Assembly (NCBI GenBank): GCA_963667665.2
Contig: OY763927.2
Span: forward strand, 1,632,001 to 1,696,000
Source of the DNA: Nitrosopumilus sp.
GTDB lineage: Archaea > Thermoproteota > Nitrososphaeria > Nitrososphaerales > Nitrosopumilaceae
Reading direction: 5' to 3'
Length of the DNA: 64,000 bases
Position 1 is the stretch's first letter. Every line of letters starts with the position of its first letter. Positions 57,464 through 64,000 of this stretch are shown here, piece after piece. Below the pieces are notes generated by a model. That model was not told the origin of the DNA. It did no database searches and was given only the letters and a program-made list of their open reading frames with translations. A program made the translations under genes and the position numbers.

Positions 57464-58393
57464 CTATAATGCAGAATCTACCATTAATGCAATAAACAAT
57501 ACTGCCAAATATGGACTAGAAAATTTAAACAAAGTCCATGCGGCTTTTTCCATAGGCTTTACTATAACCCATATTGATAATGCCAACATTAATGCACCTG
57601 ATGCAATTGCGGTCCATAGATATACTGCACCTACCATTTCTTCACCACTTTCTGTTGTTATGAAGAATGGAGCAATTGAAAATAACACCATTACCACAGT
57701 AGAACCTGCAATAATTCTTGCTGATGTTTTTTCAGATTGTACTGCAGTTAACATTGGAACATTTACTTTGATATAATCATCTTTGAAATGTAATGTCAAA
57801 GCCCAAATATGCATTGGAATCCAAATAAACACCAATCCTGCCATTGCAAGACCCATCGTCCACAAATCTGACATACTTACGGCTACCCATCCAATCAAAG
57901 GAGGTGCACCACCACATAAACCTCCTAGAATTATGTTTGTTCTAGATCTTCGTTTTAATACATACGAGTAAACAAGAATATTATTTGCCAATCCAAATGC
58001 AATGAATGTAGTTGCCCACGCACCTTGTTCTAATGTTGTAGTAAATGAAATTCCAAATGCTAAAACTAATGATATTCCAGCTAATACTAATCCAAAGTTC
58101 CTTGCTTTTACTGCAGGATAGATTCTCTTTGATGGGAGAGGTCTTTCCTTTGTTCTCTCCATTATTGCATCAATATCTCTGTCATGATAGTTTGTCAAAG
58201 TGTTAGCAGCTGCTGAACCGGCTGCAACTGAAAATAACATTAACATCCATGTTGCTGGAGAAATTTCAATACCATAAATATTGGATGCAGTTAATGCTGC
58301 ACCAAATGCAGTAAAAACTAGTAAATACCAGATCTTTGGCTTTGTTAATTCATAGTATACAGCTACACGAGATTCTGACTTTTGTTTTTGCAA
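57464..58393 (-). CDS. ctaB: Heme O synthase (protoheme IX farnesyltransferase)
   Basis: LTKPKI, DRDIDAIMERTKERPLPS, LKRR, WIPMHIWAL, DY..VNVPML. Confidence 0.95.
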   Translation of the reverse strand: MQKQKSESRVAVYYELTKPKIWYLLVFTAFGAALTASNIYGIEISPATWMLMLFSVAAGSAAANTLTNYHDRDIDAIMERTKERPLPSKRIYPAVKARNFGLVLAGISLVLAFGISFTTTLEQGAWATTFIAFGLANNILVYSYVLKRRSRTNIILGGLCGGAPPLIGWVAVSMSDLWTMGLAMAGLVFIWIPMHIWALTLHFKDDYIKVNVPMLTAVQSEKTSARIIAGSTVVMVLFSIAPFFITTESGEEMVGAVYLWTAIASGALMLALSIWVIVKPMEKAAWTLFKFSSPYLAVLFIALMVDSAL

Positions 58394-58395
58394 TG

Positions 58396-58863
58396 CTAGT
58401 CACTATCCTGTGTTGACATATATGGCATTGCCTTAGTTCGTGTTTTCATCTCAATAAATGACTCTGAAGACTGAATTCCATCAATCCTACCAATTTTCTC
58501 AGAGACCATTTTGTGCATTGTCTCTAATGATTTTGAATACATCGTTACTAGTATATCGAATCTACCAGTAACTTCTGCAATCTCTCGTACTCCATCAATC
58601 TTGAATAATTCCTCAATTATATGATCACGTTTTTTTGAATCTATGTTAATTCCAGTTAATGCTTTGACATCATAACCAAGTTCAGCATCATTTACAACAA
58701 TTGTAAAGCGTTCAATTAATTTTCTTTTGACTAGTTTTTTAATTCTTGAATAAATTACTGAAGAGTTAACATTGATCTTTTTTGATAGACGTGGAACCGA
58801 AATTGATGCATCATTAGATAATTCTGATAAAATTTGTAAATCCAAATTATCTACTTTTACCGT
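58396..58863 (-). CDS. Lrp/AsnC-family transcriptional regulator (probable ACG start at 58863)
   Basis: VDNLDLQILSELSNDAS...RIKKL...; EVTGRFDIL; in-frame TGA immediately upstream of the ACG. Confidence 0.9.
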   Translation of the reverse strand, partial: TVKVDNLDLQILSELSNDASISVPRLSKKINVNSSVIYSRIKKLVKRKLIERFTIVVNDAELGYDVKALTGINIDSKKRDHIIEELFKIDGVREIAEVTGRFDILVTMYSKSLETMHKMVSEKIGRIDGIQSSESFIEMKTRTKAMPYMSTQDSD

Positions 58864-58934
58864 TCAAAACACCTAAGTCGATCTAGATTTCAGGTTCTTA
58901 TAAAGTTATTATTGTAAAAATTGCAAAAAATTCT

Positions 58935-60011
58935 CTAAATCTTGCCTTTTTTGTATAGCATTTCTGCTAGCAAAACTGCACCTTTTGCTGAACCCATTTT
59001 CTTGTTATGCGAAAACAAAATGTACTTGAGTCCATGATCAAACAATTCCTCTTTTTCAACTCTTCCTATTGTTGTAGTCATTCCATCACCAACCGATCTT
59101 TCCATTCTTGGTTGTGGTCTAGTTGGATCTTCATGAAATACATAGTATTTTTCAGGAGCTGATGGTAATCCTGCTACAGAAATATTTTGATTGTAAGAAT
59201 TGTATAGTTCCTTGGCTTTTGCAGGATCTATTTCTTCTGAAGTTTCTACAAAGACAGATTCAGTATGTCCATCAATTACAGGAACTCTAGTACATGTACA
59301 ACTAACTCTAATGTTTGCATCCTCAATTTTACCGTCTATGAGTTTTCCTAAGATTTTTCTTGTCTCAGTTTTGACTTTTCCTTCCTCTTTAGGAATATAT
59401 GGAATAATGTTATCTGTAATTCCCATTGCTGATACTCCTGATTTTCCGCCCCCAGATATTGCCTGCATTGAGGTCATCAAAACTTTTTTTGCACCATATT
59501 TTTCTAGTAATGGTTTAAGTGTAATTACTAAACCAGTTGTAGTACAATTTGGCAGTGGTGCTACCCAACCCTTCCAATTACGATTTTTCTTTTGAATTTC
59601 AAGCATCTCTGCATGTTCATCATTAATTCCTGGAATGAGTATTGGAACATCTTCTTCGTATCTATAAGCAGAACTAGTTGAAATTACTGGCAAGTCTGCT
59701 GCCATTTTAGTTTCAATGTCTCTAGCAGCTACTGATTCAACTGCTGAAAAAACTAGATCTAATTGTGATACATCAAGATCATCAACTTTTTTGACAGTCA
59801 TTGACTTGATATATTCAGGTATTTCTCCACTAACATCCCAAGCAATAATCCCGCTTGCATCTTTTATTGCATCCAGATAGTTTTTACCTGCTGAACGTTC
59901 AGAAGCTGCAATTTGAGTTACCTCAAACCATGGGTGATTCTCTAAAGACTGGACGAATTCCTGTCCTACCGAACCTGTAACACCAATAATTGCTACTCTT
60001 TTCTTATCCAT
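58935..60011 (-). CDS. asd: Aspartate-semialdehyde dehydrogenase
   Basis: GVTGSVGQ, PNCTT, QAISGGG, CTRVPVIDGH. Confidence 0.95.
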   Translation of the reverse strand: MDKKRVAIIGVTGSVGQEFVQSLENHPWFEVTQIAASERSAGKNYLDAIKDASGIIAWDVSGEIPEYIKSMTVKKVDDLDVSQLDLVFSAVESVAARDIETKMAADLPVISTSSAYRYEEDVPILIPGINDEHAEMLEIQKKNRNWKGWVAPLPNCTTTGLVITLKPLLEKYGAKKVLMTSMQAISGGGKSGVSAMGITDNIIPYIPKEEGKVKTETRKILGKLIDGKIEDANIRVSCTCTRVPVIDGHTESVFVETSEEIDPAKAKELYNSYNQNISVAGLPSAPEKYYVFHEDPTRPQPRMERSVGDGMTTTIGRVEKEELFDHGLKYILFSHNKKMGSAKGAVLLAEMLYKKGKI

Positions 60012-60094
60012 AATTTGATAATTGATCGCTCTCAATTAATAATCGTTTTCTGAATTACCAAAACATACTAAATCGCCTATCTCTATTTGGAACT

Positions 60095-61177
60095 GTGAGA
60101 ATACGAACAAAATCATCCATCAACAAACATGTTCCAGTGGTCCATGGAGGACAAAATTCCATAAAAAACTCTAATTCACATATTATTGATTTTAGTTCTA
60201 ATATTACCCCTATCGGAATTCCATTATCTGTAAAGACAAATCTCAAAAAAAATCTGGATGATATACAAAATTATCCTGATTTTCATTCATCAGAATTGAT
60301 TTCAAGCCTGAACAAATACACATGTTTACAGAAATCAAATCTATTGGTTGGAAATGGAGCAATTGAGATAATCTATAATTTTTGTTTTGCATTTTTATCA
60401 AAGAAAACCAAAGTCTTGATACCTGTTCCTACATTTCAAGAATATGAAACAGCAGCAAAACTCAACAACTGTAAAATTTCATATTTTAAAACAATGAATT
60501 TATCTGAAAATATTGATTCATTTATTTCACAAATACCACAAAATGGATGTGTATTTCTTTGCAATCCTAATAACCCTACAGGAAAACTTTTGTCACAAAA
60601 ACAAGTACTTTTAATAATTAAAACTGCAAAAAAACTATCTTCAATTGTATTTGTTGATGAATGTTTTATTGAATTAGTTCCAGAATCTGATGAATCTGTA
60701 ATATCATATATAAAAAAATATGATAATCTTTTTGTTCTACGCTCTTTGACAAAATCGTTTGGATTACCTGGAATAAGAATTGGATATGCTGCTGCCTCTA
60801 AACAAATGATTGAAATTCTACAAAAAATAAAAATTCCATGGAGTGTAAATTCTTTAGCACAAAATGCAGCAAATGTTGCTCTTAAAAATAAATCTCATCT
60901 TAAAAAATCAAAATTAGTCATTAAAAAAGAATCAAGATATCTAAAAAATCAAATTGCCAAACTTGATGGATTTGAATGTCATGATTCATCTACTAATTTT
61001 ATCTTAATCAAAACAAAATATGATTCAACAAAACTACAAAAAAAACTCTTGAAACATAAGATCTTGATTCGTGATTGTAAAAATTTTAGAGGATTAAATA
61101 ATCATTATATTCGCATTGCTGTAAAGTCTCATAAGGATAATCTAAAACTAGTAAGAGCATTGGAGGTAATTGCATGA
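60095..61177 (+). CDS. cobD: Threonine-phosphate decarboxylase (PLP class I/II)
   Basis: HGG, DFSSNI, CNPNNPTG, VDECF, RSLTKSFGLPGIRIGY; first gene of the cob cluster. Confidence 0.85.
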   Translation: MRIRTKSSINKHVPVVHGGQNSIKNSNSHIIDFSSNITPIGIPLSVKTNLKKNLDDIQNYPDFHSSELISSLNKYTCLQKSNLLVGNGAIEIIYNFCFAFLSKKTKVLIPVPTFQEYETAAKLNNCKISYFKTMNLSENIDSFISQIPQNGCVFLCNPNNPTGKLLSQKQVLLIIKTAKKLSSIVFVDECFIELVPESDESVISYIKKYDNLFVLRSLTKSFGLPGIRIGYAAASKQMIEILQKIKIPWSVNSLAQNAANVALKNKSHLKKSKLVIKKESRYLKNQIAKLDGFECHDSSTNFILIKTKYDSTKLQKKLLKHKILIRDCKNFRGLNNHYIRIAVKSHKDNLKLVRALEVIA

Positions 61178-62013
61178 AATCTTTAATGATTCAAGGAACA
61201 TCTTCTGGTGCTGGAAAGACAACACTAGTTGCAGCTTTGTGTAGAATTTTTTCAGACAAAGGCTACAATGTAGCACCTTACAAATCACAAAATATGTCAA
61301 ATTTTGCATATATCACGCCTGACTTTGAAATTTCTCGTGCCCAAGCCATACAAGCCATTGCTGCAAGGTGTGATATTACATCTGACTTGAATCCAATTTT
61401 ACTCAAACCATTAGGAAATTACTATAGCATGGTGTATCTAAATGGTAAACGCTACAAGAAAATGCATGCAAAAGACTATTACAAAAAATTTGTAAACTCT
61501 GAAGGAATTAAGATTGCAACTAAATCACTGAAAACTTTACAGAAAAATTTTGATTTAATAATTTTAGAAGGTGCAGGTTCTCCTGCTGAAATTAATTTAC
61601 AAAAATTTGATATTGCAAATATGAAGATGGCACAAAAGGCTAATGCATCGGTATTACTAATATCTGATATTGATAAGGGTGGTTCATTTGCAAGTATTGT
61701 TGGAACAATGGCATTAATTGAAAAAAAATATCAAAAATTAGTAAAAGGCTTTGTTTTTAACAAGTTTAGAGGAGATATTGATGTGTTAAAGCCAGGATTT
61801 CAAAAACTCAAAAATATTACAAAGATACCTGTTATGGGTACTATTCCAATGATTTCATTGGATTTACCTGAGGAAGATTCTCTTAATGCAAAACCCAAAG
61901 AAATTGCTTGGACTAAGAAAAATATTTCAAAAATTGATAATGAACTAAACAAGTTGGCAAAAACTATCAAATCAAACATTGATATCGAATCAATCGAGAG
62001 ATTATTGCAATGA
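61174..62013 (+). CDS. cobQ: Cobyric acid synthase, synthetase domain only (no glutaminase domain)
   Basis: QGTSSGAGKT, KSQNMSN, EGAGSPAEINL, DIDKGG, NKFRGD, EEDS; 279 aa. Confidence 0.9.
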   Translation: MKSLMIQGTSSGAGKTTLVAALCRIFSDKGYNVAPYKSQNMSNFAYITPDFEISRAQAIQAIAARCDITSDLNPILLKPLGNYYSMVYLNGKRYKKMHAKDYYKKFVNSEGIKIATKSLKTLQKNFDLIILEGAGSPAEINLQKFDIANMKMAQKANASVLLISDIDKGGSFASIVGTMALIEKKYQKLVKGFVFNKFRGDIDVLKPGFQKLKNITKIPVMGTIPMISLDLPEEDSLNAKPKEIAWTKKNISKIDNELNKLAKTIKSNIDIESIERLLQ

Positions 62014-62981
62014 TCCTAGAATCTATTCTTATTGTTGGTATTGCAATATTTTTTGATTTTACATTTGGAGATCCCAAAAATAAATATCATCCAACAGCTT
62101 GGATCGGAGGATTAATTGCAAAACTAACACCCATTGCAATAAACAAAAATCATGTTATCGAAAAATTTGGAGGAGTCCTAATTGTAACAATTACTTCAAG
62201 TATAGTAATTTTCTTGCTTTTGATGTTAAGTATAGGATTATCTTTGATTCCGATTGATGTTGTTTCATTAATTGTATCTGTAATAATTGGTGGATTGTTA
62301 CTAAAAACCACTATTGCTATTCGTGGTATGGAAAAACACGCCAATGCAGTATTAGAATCACTTGAGCAAGATAATCTCGACATGGCTAGAACAAATCTAT
62401 CCATGATTGTTAAGAGAAATACCAAGAATTTGGATAAAAATCACGTTATTTCAGGCGTACTTGAAAGTATTAGTGAAAATACAGTTGATGGAATAACAGG
62501 ACCTCTGTTTTATTTTGCTCTTTTTGGATTACCTGGAGCGTTTGTGTATCGAGTAATTAACACTGCAGATTCAATGATTGGATACAAGACTGATATTTTT
62601 AGAAATGTAGGATGGTTTGGGGCAACTTGTGACACAATTTTAAATTATATTCCATCTAGACTTACAGGATTAGTAATGATCATTTCAGCTGCAATTCTAC
62701 AAAATAATTGGAAGGAATCATACAAAATAATGATTAGAGATGGTAAAAAAACTGAAAGTCCTAATGCAGGATATCCAATGGCTGCACTTGCAGGTGCTCT
62801 TGAAACAAAGTTTGAAAAAATTAATCATTACAAATTAGGTAATGGCGAAATTATTCTAACAAAAGAACATGTAACCTCTGCACTTACAATGATGAAACTT
62901 ACTTCGATTCTTTTCTTTGGAATAGTGACCATTCCAATAATTACTATTTTATCACTAACAGGGTGGTGGATTCATGCTTAA
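62010..62981 (+). CDS. cbiB: Adenosylcobinamide-phosphate synthase
   Basis: GDP..HP, ESISEN.VDG, YRVINTADSMIGY, SPNAGYPMAALAGAL. Confidence 0.95.
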   Translation: MILESILIVGIAIFFDFTFGDPKNKYHPTAWIGGLIAKLTPIAINKNHVIEKFGGVLIVTITSSIVIFLLLMLSIGLSLIPIDVVSLIVSVIIGGLLLKTTIAIRGMEKHANAVLESLEQDNLDMARTNLSMIVKRNTKNLDKNHVISGVLESISENTVDGITGPLFYFALFGLPGAFVYRVINTADSMIGYKTDIFRNVGWFGATCDTILNYIPSRLTGLVMIISAAILQNNWKESYKIMIRDGKKTESPNAGYPMAALAGALETKFEKINHYKLGNGEIILTKEHVTSALTMMKLTSILFFGIVTIPIITILSLTGWWIHA

Positions 62982-63699
62982 AGAAATTAGTTCTGTTTTT
63001 TCTTTTCTAACAATCTTTCCATCATCTAATGCAAGCTTAGAAAATATTGCAAAATACATGTATGTTTTTCCAATTGTAGGAATTGTAATTGGACTTTTAG
63101 TTGGTTCTTTTGGTTTTGGATTATCTTTTATTTTAGATCCTTTACTAGTTAGTTTGTTAGTAGTTGCATCTATTGCAATTGTTACTGGAATTCATCATGC
63201 AGATGGCTTGGCTGATTTTGCTGATGGACTGATGGTAAAGGGAAGCAAAGCTAGAAAACTTCAAGCAATGAAAGATCTTTCAACGGGTTCTGCAGGAATT
63301 GTTGCAATTGTTTTGTATCTTATTGGTTTGGTAGTTACAATTTCTCTTACAAGTGGATTTGATTTGTTTAAGGCAATTCTAATAAGTGAAATTTTGGCGA
63401 AATTTTCAATGGTATTAATGGCAAGTTTGGGAAATTCGGCCTCACTAGGCTCAAATTCTCCTTTTGTAAAGATAATGAAAGACAAGAAAAAACTTGCAGC
63501 TGCATTCATCATTATGCTAATCCCAATAATTGTAATTGGTGAAACTACTGGATTAGTAATGCTTGGTGTAACTGTTACCCTAACGCTATTTCTTCTGGCC
63601 ATATCTACTCGTAGTTTTGGTGGAATTACTGGAGATGTTCTTGGTGCTACAAATGAATTTACAAGATTGGCTTCTTTGATGGTATTTGTATCGATATGA
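62974..63699 (+). CDS. cobS: Cobalamin (adenosylcobinamide-GDP ribazoletransferase) synthase
   Basis: FLTIFP, TGIHHADGLADFADG, MKD..GSAG, GGITGDVLGA. Confidence 0.95.
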   Translation: MLKEISSVFSFLTIFPSSNASLENIAKYMYVFPIVGIVIGLLVGSFGFGLSFILDPLLVSLLVVASIAIVTGIHHADGLADFADGLMVKGSKARKLQAMKDLSTGSAGIVAIVLYLIGLVVTISLTSGFDLFKAILISEILAKFSMVLMASLGNSASLGSNSPFVKIMKDKKKLAAAFIIMLIPIIVIGETTGLVMLGVTVTLTLFLLAISTRSFGGITGDVLGATNEFTRLASLMVFVSI

Positions 63700-64000
63700 T
63701 TGGTCTTGTAATGGCAGGTGGTAAAGGAATTCGAATGAATTCAAATAATGAAAAACTATTACTCAAATACAAAAAACCTGTAATCCTTCATGTCATTGAC
63801 TCTTTAAAAAATTCAAATTGTTTTTCAAAAATTATCTCAATTACTAGTTCCAATTCACCTAAAACAAAAAAGTTACTGCAAGAAAATAATGTTGAAACTC
63901 TTGATACTCCTGGAACTGGTTATGTCGAAGATCTAAATTTAGCACTTAAAACTATCAATGATGTAGTTTTAGTAACTTCTGGTGATTTGCCCTTATTAGA
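63696..64000 (+). CDS. cobY: Adenosylcobinamide-phosphate guanylyltransferase (3' truncated by window edge)
   Basis: Read by hand: MIGLVMAGGKGIRM...EKLLL...TPGTGYVEDLN...SGDLP; ATGA overlap with cobS. Confidence 0.85.
   Translation, partial: MIGLVMAGGKGIRMNSNNEKLLLKYKKPVILHVIDSLKNSNCFSKIISITSSNSPKTKKLLQENNVETLDTPGTGYVEDLNLALKTINDVVLVTSGDLPLL

Overview
AT-rich archaeal chromosome segment. Gene content and order (A-type ATPase atpB-atpD-atpK, PEFG-CTERM and CFI-box-CTERM surface proteins, cupredoxins, rps19e, TFE, aTrm56, GTP cyclohydrolase III, cobalamin genes) point to a Nitrosopumilus-like ammonia-oxidising thaumarchaeon; this is inferred from recognised protein families, not from a search. 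Most of the window is core housekeeping: ATPase, pyrBI, thiolase/DUF35, class II RNR, tRNA-Gly(TCC), a riboflavin operon, TFE/Trm56/HflX/PhoU, UbiD, heme O synthase, asd and late B12 genes. Four features stand out. (1) A 717-aa ArsR-HTH + ATP-cone + class III RNR-like protein that lacks both catalytic cysteines and the glycyl-radical loop sits directly upstream of nrdJ; it is a candidate pseudoenzyme nucleotide sensor or regulator. (2) A decaying ~5.07-kb tyrosine-integrase element is bounded by an 18-bp imperfect direct repeat at the 3' end of a TPR gene and carries an 11-8-11 palindrome at its left end. (3) A metal/copper surface-protein cluster contains a ~532-bp direct repeat that builds a chimeric cupredoxin gene with a changed axial ligand. 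(4) Several genes carry single-base lesions or near-cognate starts, which could be real decay or assembly error. No CRISPR array or rRNA was seen.
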